Source of the DNA: Tubulanus polymorphus
Taxonomy: Eukaryota; Animalia; Nemertea
Reading direction: 5' to 3'
DNA: 64,000 bases
NCBI RefSeq assembly: GCF_964204645.1
Contig: NC_134032.1
Coordinates: 6,746,275-6,810,274 of the forward strand
Under the pieces are notes generated by a model that saw only the letters and a list, made by a program, of their open reading frames with translations, was not told where the DNA came from and did no database searches. The translations under genes were made by a program, and so were the position numbers. This document shows positions 1 to 12,180 of the stretch, piece by piece (within the stretch, counting starts at the first letter, position 1; each line of letters opens with the position of its first letter).

Positions 1-766
1 CTGTTTGATATAATTTATAATAAATTATAATTTCTTGTGACCTGAAAATATTAAGCAGCAAACTACAAGTATAGGTCGAGGTCTGAATATTGTAGTAGTA
101 AATTCCAGGATTTAAAACGATCTAATACGCCGATTTCTTACTGCACCGGTTTAGATTCCGCGGCCATACATTGGAAGAGGATTCCAAGACTAAATATTCA
201 GCCACCCTCGGATATGTGACATCATATGAATTTTATTTGAATATTTTTTCATATTGTGAAAAATATTTCTTTGAAAGTATAAAATAGTTTCCCTGCCGCG
301 CCTACCTGTACCCTACGAAATGTATATTTTTGGTCTTATTTGACTACAAAATATTTCTTTGAGAAAGATGAAATACAAGATAGAACTTTGAAGTCACGAA
401 TTTAAAAGATTTTTCAAGCAATGCCCTTACCCCAAACAACCTCTAGCTTTCAAGGTAAACCACACTTTGCCCATGGGCAATTTATTTGATATCCTTCAAT
501 ACAGTTCAAAATGGATTAAAAATCATATGTTTTAGGTCAACTGCCAGTCCTTTCTGGTCCTAATAAAGCCGGTTCAAGTCCAGGTTAGCGTGGACTAGTT
601 CACTCAAAGATATATTTTTAAAAAGGAGTAATTCGGCTGTTGTGCACTCAGCTTTCTACCAACATACCGACAAACTGGCATATGACAAAAAATCTTTCAA
701 AGAGTTATTTGGCTACAAACTTTGCGTTGTTTACTGACATACTGACAAACCGACATACTAATAGCC

Positions 767-1011
767 CCTCGATCCAGTCACAGGTAATCCAGGGGAAAAC
801 CCTGTCCCTCGATCCTAGCAATATTATACAAGGGTAATCCACGCGGCACACAGCACCTCGATCCCAGCCACTTTATATAAGGGTAATCCACGCGACACAG
901 CACCTCGATCCCAGCCACTTTGTATAAGGGTAATCAGCGCGTCACACAGCACCTCAGCCCCAGCCACTTTGTATAAGGGTAATCCACGCGACACATAGCA
1001 CCTCGATCCCA
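767..1011. repeat. Minisatellite, ~47-49-bp unit, ~5 copies
   Basis: CCTCGATCC anchors recur at 767, 807, 856, 903, 952 and 1001; unit approximately CCTCGATCCCAGCCACTTTGTATAAGGGTAATCCACGCGACACAGCA. Confidence 0.9.
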
Positions 1012-1014
1012 GTT

Positions 1015-2955
1015 TCGCAATGTGAATCGCTTTGCTCAGGCATTTCTCCCCTTTCGACAGTTCTGCAATCTCATTGGACAAGTACCGATATTACACACCT
1101 TGACGATAAATCTCTCTGATGCGTCGAGTCCAATCGCGCCCATTCTCGTTCGGACCAACTCAAGAAGCTTTGGAGCAGATATACAACGGGATGATCAACG
1201 ATCACTATGCAGGCACAGACAGTGCTAGTTCTCTTAAATTCCGGATCCTCAATCGGTGACTACCTCTCCGTGTTGGGTGGACGCCAAATATTATCATGAC
1301 GAGTCTGGCGTAGAAAGTCTGGACATCTCAGCCACTGGTCTAGACGATGACTCTCCTTAAGCTGTAGTCCGAAAGAAATGACGTCAACTGGTTCTCCTGT
1401 GAGGAGATGTGGTTACAGCAACTCACATCTGAACTGTCACGTATGATTTCTACTCTATTCACTATGAATGTTCGGAAAGCAACATTTCATTTTTCATGTA
1501 ACACAATTCTATGGTGCTGTCGGTCCGGTAGAAGGTATCTTCTACCTTCAAGTCGATTTCTTGCTGAAGCATATTATTTATCCAGACAGCCATAGTGGCT
1601 GTGGTGAGCTCTAAGCATGGAATTAAGACTTTCTTAACAACCAGGGCAACAGTATCAACAAACCTAAGATACGACGCGGTGCCCTAACCGATAACACAAG
1701 CATCTGAAAAATGATACAGAACATGATGCTACAGAGGCTGCTCGGTTTCAGACTCTCGGAGCTAGGATTGTATTCAACAAAGACACGTCCAACCACTGTT
1801 TCCAGGCAGCGGACTCTGATTCCGGCACGGGTGAGTCCCAGCCTATCTTCACTTCGCATAAGCTTAACCGGTGTAAGATGAGCTTCGCTGGAAGTATTAA
1901 TGGCGAGATGAACCGCATTGGGGTAACATGATGCCACCACTGAAAGTAGCACTCGACGTGACATGGTCTGACTCTTAATGCTGACCTTGAAACTGAAGCT
2001 GTCATCACTTGGCATTCAGGGTTACTCATGTCCGTCGGGTTGATCTCATGAGCCTGGTCGTTCTCCAATAGTGCCAATAAGATGGAGATATCTTTACACT
2101 GATTCAAGTTGAACCCTTCGTGCTGGCATAAACTCTTCAACTCAAACGTAAGACTGACAGATTTTGCCGGGTCAGCAGGACACTTCAAGCAATCATTGAC
2201 GTAGACATTACGACTTATGGTTCATACCACTTCGTAGGCGAAATCATCAGCATTATCGATAGCCGTTTGAGGCAAGGGCATGTTTGCGCAGTTTGGTGAT
2301 GAGACAGCTCCGAATAAGTGAACAGTCATATGGTAGCACCCTGGTTCTTTTGTCACATTGGTCCACCACAAGAAACGTAGGCAGTCGCGACCTTTTGGTG
2401 GCACCCTAACTTGAAAGAATATCCTTTCTATATCAGCTTTCAGTGGTACTACACCCTCGCGAAGCCGATGCAGTATACAAACAAGAATTTTCATGAGGTT
2501 GGGCCCTTGTAACAGTTCGTAGTTCAACGACACTCCGTTGAACTACGCCGAGGCATCGAAAATGACTTGAACCTTGTGTGGTTTCATCGGGTGACACTGT
2601 GATGGGGTAGATACCATACGCGGCCGTTGGTTATTACGCTATCTGGGGGTACCAGTTCCGCGTAACCTGACTTGATTGCCATCGACATGAAAGTTTGGTA
2701 GTGATCACGGAACTGTTCATTTATGCTTAGTTTCCTACGTTAGCCTTCTAAACGCACAGTGGGTAACTTAAGTTATTCGGCAGTTTAACTAAGTTCAATG
2801 CGAAAGACAAGTCAATGGTTGTCTTGGAGCACAATCGAATTACAATACTAATGAATCTCTTGTTTTTCTGCGATTACTCTTGCTTCTCATCTTTGATTCG
2901 CTTGGGAAAGTCCAGTTCAATCGACCTTTTCAACATCTTACTGATTTCCTTGAGT
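1015..2955 (-). mobile_element. Decayed BEL/Pao LTR retrotransposon pol fragment (RT and RNase H region)
   Basis: Minus-strand fragments SLNYELLQGPNL, KADIERIFFQVRV..RDCLRFLWW, HLFGAVSSPNCAN, NVYVNDCL (YVDD-like), TPVKLMRSEDRLGL and QWLRCPDFL, all BEL/Pao pol-type motifs. Many stops and frameshifts; no LTRs found. Confidence 0.85.
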
Positions 2956-4530
2956 GATTCGCGGCTCCTCTCCTTCTGGCCGTCCATCGGTAGGGGAGCA
3001 GGGCGGCGATCCCTCATGGGATTCTCATAAGAAATCTAGCCACCCACCTCCCGTCACTCTTGCGACTACGGTACTAGATACCAGTAGTAAACAGAGCCAG
3101 TGCCCAAGTCTGTGCCGCTCTCGTCTCCGGCTCCGGTTGCCCATGCATCGTCTGATATCGTGTCAAGTTGCCCAACCGGGCCAAGAGCTTGCTCGCCCGT
3201 TCGTCGCTCCCCTGGAGCATGTCGTAGGAGACAGTCTCCATCGTCGTCTTCTTCGACCTCATCCAGCCGGAGGAATTACGACCGTTACCATCCGAGAAGG
3301 CCATGCTCCCGGTCAAGCTCCTCGAGGTCAAGATCCTCAAGTAGGAGCGTCCTCAATGTCCTTACAGGAGCTGTCGCAGGATCTCCTTGTCTCCTGAGCA
3401 GAGTCGGCAAAGGGTCGCCTCAACCCGACCGGCTCTGGAGCCCCTCGCTCTCTGTCTTCCGAGTCAGAGAACTCTAGTCCCAGGGATGTTACCCACGCGG
3501 ATCCTGACCGCAAGGATTTCGACGAATATTCTTGGAGGCAGGTCCCATCACGCATCCGGGTTCCAAGGAGTCGTCGCCTTGGATTCCACCATCCGAATTG
3601 ACCACTTCCTGTTCACCATTAACGTTTGACAGACCGCCTTCGGGCTCGTTCGCTACCAGTTTCAACTTTTCAGCACCGGCAGATAGTCCGTTCTACACGC
3701 TCATTCAAAAGGTTTTATGCAAACATGGCGCCACCATGCCTAAACCTCGTAAGTCCGCGGAACAGGCTGAGTACATGGCTTCAGATACCGCCTCCAAGGA
3801 GGATGCTCACGCTCTTGGCGAGTCATCAGTGGTGGCAGCCGAGTTGATGTGTATTGATAAATACGGGTCCAGGACCGACTGACTGGGTTTACCGATCCCC
3901 CGCTGAAGTCGGGCCCCCGAGCCGGGAAAGTTTCTCTCTCTGGCTGAGCCACCTATCGACGGGTTAGGAACATCCTATGGACCCTGTATGAATAGAATTA
4001 TCTAGTTCCTAGGTCAGTGACTCGTGTGATTTTACTGGCTGTCAAGGCTCAAATCAACATGATTCTGGCAGCAAGATCCTCGCTGATTAGGGAAATCCAG
4101 CCGATGGGAAGAGATCGTCCAGAACCTCAAAATTACACAGCCAAATAGGAGAAATATGCTCCCTTCACCGGTAAATGAATTGAGATTAAATGATTGTTAA
4201 CAAATTGAACATGTACACTATTACTACAACATGTTAGCAGATACCAGACGAGTCCTCTCTGGGCTGGAACTCGAGACCGTTTACAGTGCTCAAGGCCTCG
4301 GGAGGCTTACGCACTGTGACAGACCTGTCCTTTCTCAGCAAGCATCTAGTTTCGGATGACCTCACCAAAACAGGTAGATCAGACGCTTCTTCCTGGCAAT
4401 GGGTGGCGTGGATCCAGACACATTCAGGTGCCAAATCCACCCCAAGTCACGTCGCTACCTCCGGGTCATCTAGCACTTGTTTCAAATCACAAAATGGCGA
4501 GCCCATACTTAGTACATCTTCCTAGTCAAA
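2955..4530 (+). mobile_element. Probable DIRS-like retrotransposon remnant (Ser/Arg-rich ORF1-like part plus RT N-terminal fragment)
   Basis: GC-richer block. About 4240-4420 translates GWNSRPFTVLKASGGLRTVTDLSFLSKHLV, resembling the DIRS RT motif GFYSRLFLVPKxxGGxRPVIDLxxLN. 3100-3477 is S/R-rich. Confidence 0.5.
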
Positions 4531-6029
4531 AGATATATTTAATTTTCTTCTGTTTTCTTACGGAGAGGTTTCGCAGTTGAAGGATGATGATTTGGTTAAT
4601 TTGCTAAATAAAAATCCTGGATATCTAGGCAGCATTTTCCAAAGCTTAGTATTATTTTTTTCTCAACCTTTTTCGTACTGCTCTTCTGTTCCTCCATATT
4701 TTGACAGGTTTGGGCCTTTTGAATAAAGACTGGTGTTTGATTGATTTGATTGTTCTGATCCATTGTGATCTCAAAAATTTGTTGATTACTTTGAATAATA
4801 CATCACATTAGTAGAGATCACCTTAGCATGTTATAAGTGTACATTGCCGATAGCAATTATATTAAACTTAATATGATTTCAGATTTTATGTCGACATCTT
4901 GATGATCATAAAGCAGGAGGAAAGAAAAGGTGTAATAAGTATGAATAATGGGCTATATTTGCTGAATGTATCTCTTGACCAAACTACAGTGCCAGTCAGT
5001 AGTGGAGGTTTCATTGATGTTTGTATCTTCGTGCGTTGATAACTTTCTGTTTGAATGGTCTAAAGGTTATCTTGGTAAATGAAACAATTACGTTGCTCAC
5101 GCATGATAAACCCCGAAAATATAGCACTTCTGCTGCACTTACAGGATAAGTCACAGTAGTTTAGGGATATCTTTTCCAATTGACCTTCCAAATAAAACAT
5201 TTTGTATCTACCAATCAAATGAATAAAAGGGGCCAATTTTAAGATGAAAAAATACCCACAAGAAGCAAAATTTTCAATTCAATCATGATAAAGCCTATTT
5301 TTGGAAGGATCATTTGCTAGTTCTTTATATGTGATGAATTGTTGTGTCTAAGTTTGTTATAGCCAGGTTCCACTGTAACTACATGTAGATTTTGATCTAA
5401 TGTTTTCATGTTTAAATGGATCTCTTACAGTGAACTTGACGTACCAGGTACTATCGAAACTGTACAGCAACAATCAGTGTGACCTAATTGTGAAACGTAA
5501 CTGATATATATTGTCAGATGCACATGAAGGTATGTATGACTAATCATAGGAAAATACATGTACATGAGTATTATCTTTAAAATTTTGATATATATTTGTG
5601 TCTTCCAGTAGGCCATTATGGATTATGTTTTTCGCGTGCTTCTTCCTGAGACACTCATTATAAAATATATGGAGGTTCATGGAATCACTCATGATAAAGC
5701 CGAGGAGCAAATGGTTGAACTTCATAGCAATGAAGATGATTGTTTAAGGTGGCTGCAAGTGGAAATCATTATGTGATGTTTATTGTTTTCTGTAGAGTGT
5801 ATTCAAAATCAGTCATTTACTTCAATCATGGGAATATTTTTAGGTATTGAAAGGGCGCTTACTAAAATTGAAATTAGATTGTTTTTACAAAATAGAATTA
5901 GATTTTATGCGGTTTCGGATACTTAGATAAGACCTGATAATAATCCCTTTGTTATATGGTAACTGTAAATTGGTACCGTAAGTGTTATGTTGAAAAATGA
6001 TAAATGGTACGTGTTAAAAGGTTTTCTCA

Positions 6030-6948
6030 TTTTTAGCTAAACTCGGACTTAAGTCCCCGTGGGTAATTGCATTCACTTATCATCCACTTGACTGACCTAA
6101 AACTGAGCCTGTTGGAATCAAGATGACAGTCGCCGCAATCAACGCTTTTTACACATTTTATCAATGAAAATTTTGAAGCAAATCGATCAATTATCTTGAA
6201 CTATATGTGTCCCCCTGTACTCATCAGCATTAGAAGAATTGGGTCAATTGGTTTCAAGATGGCCATCCTGTAACCTTTCTATGTGCTAAAAGGTTATTTT
6301 TGGCTTGAATATGCAAGACCAGTAGCTTCCTAATGGTTTGCCATTTTTCGTTGAAATTTGTGATTGGTATTATAAGGGAAGGGATCTTTAACATATCAGA
6401 CACATATTTTGATCAGTCAAATATTTTGCAGCTGGTGGCCATCTTAGTGTGATGATTACTCATTCGTAAGTGGAAAAATTTCAACGGGTGTTAAATTTGA
6501 GTCTTGATAATTGATAATATTAGCACCGTCATAGCTTTCATCTCCTCATGTGAAATTGGGATCACCCAGTTCCTTTACTCACCATCAGGGGCAGTTGTTG
6601 AATATATTCAATTCGTCCATTTATATTGGTACCTATCCGTTTAAAATTTAGTAACCGCATTCAATTGTAGCTCTTGACTTGTTCTATAATTTGGGTGGGG
6701 TTCAAGGTCATTGGGTTATGTATATTGTCACCAGTGAGTGCTGAATAGCCAAATAACGTAGTATTTTCATATTATGTTGATATCTGGGCTTATTTTGTTA
6801 CAATAATTGCAAAATTGTAGCTCATGACAAGTTCTAGTGGTAAATTCCAAAGGTTTCTGTATAAGAGGCGTAGAATATAGAAATTGTCTGATTTTTGGGC
6901 ATTCCATATCACTTTCCAAGTAGGCATAGTGTTCCTGCACCCCTCGTT
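6030..6948 (+). mobile_element. Diverged Helentron-associated non-autonomous element (HINE/DINE-1-like)
   Basis: Same architecture as 29981-32243: TTTTAGC start, GGACTTAAGTCC palindrome, internal ~150-bp repeats (TTGTAGCTC...), end TTCCAAGTAGGCATAGTGTTCCTGCACCCCTCGTT. Confidence 0.75.
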
Positions 6949-7781
6949 TAAAAATGTACTCTGAAAAAAAGAATATTCTCTATTTTGTTATGTCATTGAA
7001 GATTCTCTTCTATGGTTCTGCCAACGCAACTTCTTCTAATTTTGATTCCATGTGTGAATTTGTATAATTGATTTGCATTTGCAGGTATGAACTTGTATTG
7101 AATATTCAAACATTTATGTCCATTTGAGGATTATGAGTGTCCATAGATGGAATCAGGTTTCTTTTTAACGTTTTCATTACACTTTGATGTGTTGTCTTGA
7201 TGCCTTTCCTAGGGGCATCGTATAATTTTTATGGACTTTTGCTTTACTGAAGTCCATTTTTGCTCATGTTGGTACAAAATAAGTTGCGAAAGAAGCTTAG
7301 TTTCTCATCTGAACTTTCAAAATGTTCAATGGTGATCTATCAGCTAGATGATATGTCCAACATGACAGCCATGTCTGCCATCTTGAATTTTTCATTGGCA
7401 CCATACAGCCTGCCAACCTATATTGATTTCCTTGACCCTGGTGTATTAGCACGTAAGAGGTCTACCCCTATTAGAATTGGTGACCACCAATTGTCTAATA
7501 TTGCTGCTATATTATCCAATGTATGATTTTCTTCATATTCAATCATTAGCACTGTCACATGTTATATACCTGTAGAAATCTGTGACTAATGAGTATACTC
7601 TACACCAGGGGAGTTGAAAATTTGAATACATTACTACGTATTAGTCAATTTTTATGAAAACCATGTTATGTATTGATAATGATGTTAAATGGCACTTTGT
7701 CTACAAGGTATATATTGATTCCCCTATGTAGATTCAGTTACTTTCGATTTGAGGAATTTCTATCAACCTCAGGTACATGTA

Positions 7782-8239
7782 AGTAATAGGGGTAATAGGC
7801 TTTCAGATCAAAGGTCGAACGGTCGAGCTCGTAAAAAATGAAAAACATAAAAATAATTACAATTTCTACTTGAATTACTCGCGAAACTCATAAAAATGAA
7901 AAATAAATTCTCACACGCTCGAATTTATTTTTCATTTTATGAGTTTCACTCCTAATTCAAGTAGAAATTGTAATTATTTTTACGTTTTTCATTTTTACTC
8001 ACCCGCCCGTTCAACCTTTAACCCGAAAGCCTATTACCCCTATTACTCTTAAAATATTCATATATATATGAATAACATTTAAATCATTGAACTTCTAAAA
8101 TCAATTTTAATAAAAAATATAGTATTAAAATGGAAGCAAATAAGTACTACTGCCCAACATGTAAGATAAATATAGATAAGTCTCAAAAAGCAAGACACAA
8201 TAAAACTAAAACACATTTAGAGAATAAATTGAAACTAGA
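7782..8239 (+). repeat. Left TIR of Polinton; includes 266-bp internal palindrome 7782-8047 and the first ~36 codons of pPolB
   Basis: Reverse complement of 25626-26082 with three differences seen by eye (7805, 7983 and a 1-nt indel near 8210). Confidence 0.97.
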
Positions 8240-11200
8240 GTATAAAGATGATATATTAGAAACTAAATTAGAAGAATTAAAGAATGAAAAAGAAACATAT
8301 AAATGTGATACATGTAATCAATCATTCAGTGATAAAAGATATTATAAAGAACATTTAAAATCTATAAGTCATATTAGAAATAAGAATAATGATATTTTAG
8401 GTGAAGATTATTTTGATAATGATAACGATAAGAAACAGAAGACAATTAAAAGAATAAAAAATAAATTAAACAATAAAAGAACATATATGGAAGATGTAAG
8501 AAATTATATTAATTCATTAGATAATAAAAAAGATATAGAGATAACCGAAGCATTTAAAAGTGATATTGGTCCAGCAGCTATCGAGTTTAAATTTCATAAA
8601 GGAAAAACAATAGAAGAAAATAAAAAACATTTAGAAAATATGAAAGAAATAATAAAAATAATTACAGATGTTGAATATCCTAAAATTAGTATATCAGTTA
8701 AAGTAAAGTTTATAAAATCTGAAGATAAACCAATATATAATATAAATTCTCATTCACAACATATTATATCTAAACAACATATAGATGATAAATTAAATAA
8801 ATGTTATAATGAAGTAAAAACTAAAATAGAAGAGAAATATTTTGAAGGATCTGGTTTAATATTTGATGAGATAATATTTATAACTTTACATGTTTATAAC
8901 ACAAAATATAATAAGTTAACTAAATCAGAACCAATTGATGAAAATAATTTATCATATTATAAAGAACCTGATATTGAAGCATCGAGTTATATTAAACTAC
9001 CATTTAAAACTAATGCTGTAATAAATGTACAAAATTTTGATGATAAATGTTTACTATGGACTATAATAAGTTGTTTACATCCTGCAACTTATAATATTTG
9101 TAGATTAACTCATTATAAACAATTTGAAAATAATTATAAGATAGATAAGTATCCTGTTAGAATTAAAAATATTCCAAAAATAGAAAGAGATAATAATATA
9201 AAGATAAATGTATTTGATTTAATCAAATTACCAAATACAAAAGGAAATAATATTAAACATTATACATTAGAACCTTTATACCTATCAAAAGATTATGATT
9301 CAAATGATGTTATAGATATACTATATTATGAGAATCATTATATGTGGATTAAACAAATAGATTTATTTTTTAGAACAGAAAGTGATCACCATAATAAAAT
9401 ATATCTTTGTAGAAAATGTTTACATAAATTTAGTAATGAAAGTACATTATTAAATCATAAACAACTATGTGATAATCATGATTATTGTAAATTAGTTTTA
9501 CCAAATGAAAAAGATAAAATATTAGAATTCAAAAAATATGATTACAAAAATAAAGTACCATTTGTAATATATGGAGATTTTGAATCATTAAATAAAGAAT
9601 TAACAGATAAAGATAGAAAAGATATATATTATAAAAGAAAGAAATTAAATTCTAATGAAAGTGATTATTCAGATCCTATAATAACAAATACTATTAAAAA
9701 AATTCATCAAAGTGCTGCAGCTTTCGGGTTATATATTAAATCTGATTATCCAGAACTAATTGAAAGTGAATATTATAATTACAGAAATGAAAATGTTATC
9801 AATCATTTTTGTGACTTATTAATTGAATATGAAATAAGATTTAGTAAATTATTGAATACAAATAAAGAAATAATTATGACAGAAGAAGATAAAGAAGAAT
9901 TTGAGTTTGCAGATAAATGTTATTATTGTAATCAAGTATTCTATTCATCTGATAAAAAGGTAAGAGATCATGATCATTTGAATGGAAAGTTTAGAGGCGC
10001 GGCACATGAGAATTGTAATTTGCAAGCAAAGAAAATCAATTTTGTCCCCATTATATTTCATAATCTATCAGGATATGATGCACATTTATTTATCAAACAG
10101 CTATGTTATAAAATAGAAGAAATCAATAATGAAATAGAAATATTAAATTCAAATAGATCAAAAGATAAAATACCAACTTATAAATTTAGAATGTTAGCTA
10201 AAACATCTGAGAATTATATATCATTCCAATTTGGTTGTCTAAGATTTATAGATTCATATAGATTTTTAAATAGTTCATTAGATAACTTATCAAAATCATT
10301 AGTTGATGATGAATTAAAGATATTAAAAGAATATTACCCAAATAATGATGATTTTAAATTAATGAGATATAAAGGAGCAATTCCATATTCTTTCTATAAA
10401 AATCATAATGATTTTAACATAACTGAATTATTGAAAGAACAATTTTATGATGAATTAAAAAATGAATATGTTAAAGATGAAGTCTATAATAGAACATTGA
10501 ATATTTGGAATCATTTCAAAATAGAAAATCATGGGCAATTAGTAGATTTATATTTAAAATCAGATGTATTATTATTAACCGATATATTCGAAAGGTTTAG
10601 AGATGTAAACCTAAAATATTTTAACATTGATCCTTGTCATTGTTATTCATCACCAGGATTAACATGGGATTGTGGATTAAAATTTACAGATATAAAAATG
10701 GATTTGTTAACAAATATAGATCAATTATTATTATTTGAAAAATCTATAAGAGGAGGTGTTTCAGGTGTATTGGGTGATAGATATTTCAATGTAAATGATA
10801 ATCCTGGATATAAATTATTATACATAGATGCAAATAATCTTTATGGTTGGGCAATGATGGAACCACAACCTTATGGGATGTTTGAAATAACTGAAGTTTT
10901 ACAAATTGATAAATTTGATTGGAAGAAAAGAATTCTAGATATTGCAGATGATTCAGATACTGGTTACTTCTTTGTTGTAGACTTGGAATATCCTGAACGT
11001 ATTAAATTCAAATCTAGAAATCTAGCATATTGTCCCGAACATAAAACTGTTAAACATGAAGAATTATCAAATTATCAAAAAAGAATTAAACCCGATAATC
11101 ATATTCATACTGAAAAGTTAATGGTAACTCAAGAAGATGAATATAATTACGTTGTGCATTATAGAATGTTGAAGTTTTATTTGAGACAAGGAATGATATT

Positions 11201-12152
11201 AAGAAAAGTACATAGATATATTTCATTCAGTCAATCTAAATGGTTAGAAAAATATATAGATTTTAATACTACACAGAGAACTAAAGCTAAAACTGATTTT
11301 GAAAAAGATTTCTTCAAGTTAATGAATAATGCATTCTATGGTAAGACTTGTGAAAATATTAGAAATAGAAATGATATCGAGTTAGTCAGTAATGGTAAAA
11401 GAATTAGACATTTACAATCATATCCTAAGTTTATAGGTAACAGAATATTTGATGAAAATTTAGCTGCAGTTAAGATGAGAAGAACTTCAATGAAATTTAA
11501 TAAACCGATTTATGTTGGAGCTGCAGTTTTAGAATTATCAAAATTACTAATGTATGAATTCTATTATAATATATTACAACCTCATTTTGGGGAAAAACAT
11601 ATTGAAATATTATATTTTGATACAGATTCTTACATATTAAAGATAAAAACTGATAACATAACTGATGATTTAAAAACATTAAAACACCATTTTGATTTTA
11701 GTAATTATCCAAAAAATCATGAATTGTTTAGCAATGATAATAAAAAAGTTCCAGGGAAGTTTAAGGATGAATTAGGTGGTGAAGAAATGATAGAGTTCAT
11801 TGGTATTAGATCTAAAATGTATAGTTATAAAACTAAAACTCATGAATCAAAGAAATTGAAAGGAATTACCAAAAGCGTTGTTGAAAAGAATATTCATTTC
11901 AAAGATTACATCAATTGTATATTTAATGAAGAAGTTAGAAAACATAAAATGAAATGTTTAAGATCTGAAGATCATGAAATGTATATTGAAGAGATAGAGA
12001 AGATAAGTCTAAACCCATTTGATGATAAAAGATATATATTAGATGATGGTATACACACAGTCGCGTATGGTTGCAATTTAGATGAATATATAAAATTCAA
12101 AAGAGAAGAAACAAAAGAAAATGAGATTATGAAAAGGATTCTAGCGTGTTAA
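8130..12152 (+). CDS. pPolB: Protein-primed family B DNA polymerase with N-terminal C2H2 fingers, TP/vOTU-like region and inserted endonuclease VII (HNH)-like domain
   Basis: Intact 1340 aa. Exo I YGDFES, Exo II FHNLSGYDAH, Pol A YIDANNLYG, Pol B KLMNNAFYGK, Pol C YFDTDS. EndoVII-like CYYC...DHDHLNGKFRGAAHENCN. Zn fingers CPTC..H..H and CDTC..H..H. Candidate protease dyad DDKCLLW / NHYMW. Confidence 0.97.
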   Translation: MEANKYYCPTCKINIDKSQKARHNKTKTHLENKLKLEYKDDILETKLEELKNEKETYKCDTCNQSFSDKRYYKEHLKSISHIRNKNNDILGEDYFDNDNDKKQKTIKRIKNKLNNKRTYMEDVRNYINSLDNKKDIEITEAFKSDIGPAAIEFKFHKGKTIEENKKHLENMKEIIKIITDVEYPKISISVKVKFIKSEDKPIYNINSHSQHIISKQHIDDKLNKCYNEVKTKIEEKYFEGSGLIFDEIIFITLHVYNTKYNKLTKSEPIDENNLSYYKEPDIEASSYIKLPFKTNAVINVQNFDDKCLLWTIISCLHPATYNICRLTHYKQFENNYKIDKYPVRIKNIPKIERDNNIKINVFDLIKLPNTKGNNIKHYTLEPLYLSKDYDSNDVIDILYYENHYMWIKQIDLFFRTESDHHNKIYLCRKCLHKFSNESTLLNHKQLCDNHDYCKLVLPNEKDKILEFKKYDYKNKVPFVIYGDFESLNKELTDKDRKDIYYKRKKLNSNESDYSDPIITNTIKKIHQSAAAFGLYIKSDYPELIESEYYNYRNENVINHFCDLLIEYEIRFSKLLNTNKEIIMTEEDKEEFEFADKCYYCNQVFYSSDKKVRDHDHLNGKFRGAAHENCNLQAKKINFVPIIFHNLSGYDAHLFIKQLCYKIEEINNEIEILNSNRSKDKIPTYKFRMLAKTSENYISFQFGCLRFIDSYRFLNSSLDNLSKSLVDDELKILKEYYPNNDDFKLMRYKGAIPYSFYKNHNDFNITELLKEQFYDELKNEYVKDEVYNRTLNIWNHFKIENHGQLVDLYLKSDVLLLTDIFERFRDVNLKYFNIDPCHCYSSPGLTWDCGLKFTDIKMDLLTNIDQLLLFEKSIRGGVSGVLGDRYFNVNDNPGYKLLYIDANNLYGWAMMEPQPYGMFEITEVLQIDKFDWKKRILDIADDSDTGYFFVVDLEYPERIKFKSRNLAYCPEHKTVKHEELSNYQKRIKPDNHIHTEKLMVTQEDEYNYVVHYRMLKFYLRQGMILRKVHRYISFSQSKWLEKYIDFNTTQRTKAKTDFEKDFFKLMNNAFYGKTCENIRNRNDIELVSNGKRIRHLQSYPKFIGNRIFDENLAAVKMRRTSMKFNKPIYVGAAVLELSKLLMYEFYYNILQPHFGEKHIEILYFDTDSYILKIKTDNITDDLKTLKHHFDFSNYPKNHELFSNDNKKVPGKFKDELGGEEMIEFIGIRSKMYSYKTKTHESKKLKGITKSVVEKNIHFKDYINCIFNEEVRKHKMKCLRSEDHEMYIEEIEKISLNPFDDKRYILDDGIHTVAYGCNLDEYIKFKREETKENEIMKRILAC

Positions 12153-12180
12153 TCAACTTCAATAAAAATTTGTATAATAA

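Noticed and set aside
4878-4935. Possible short host exon (TTTCAG...GGTGTAAT)
   Set aside because: Too short, weak donor, and no supporting neighbouring exons.
8101-8108. Mimivirus early promoter AAAATTGA on the - strand in the TIR
   Set aside because: A single 8-mer in ~80% AT sequence, pointing away from pPolB; expected by chance.
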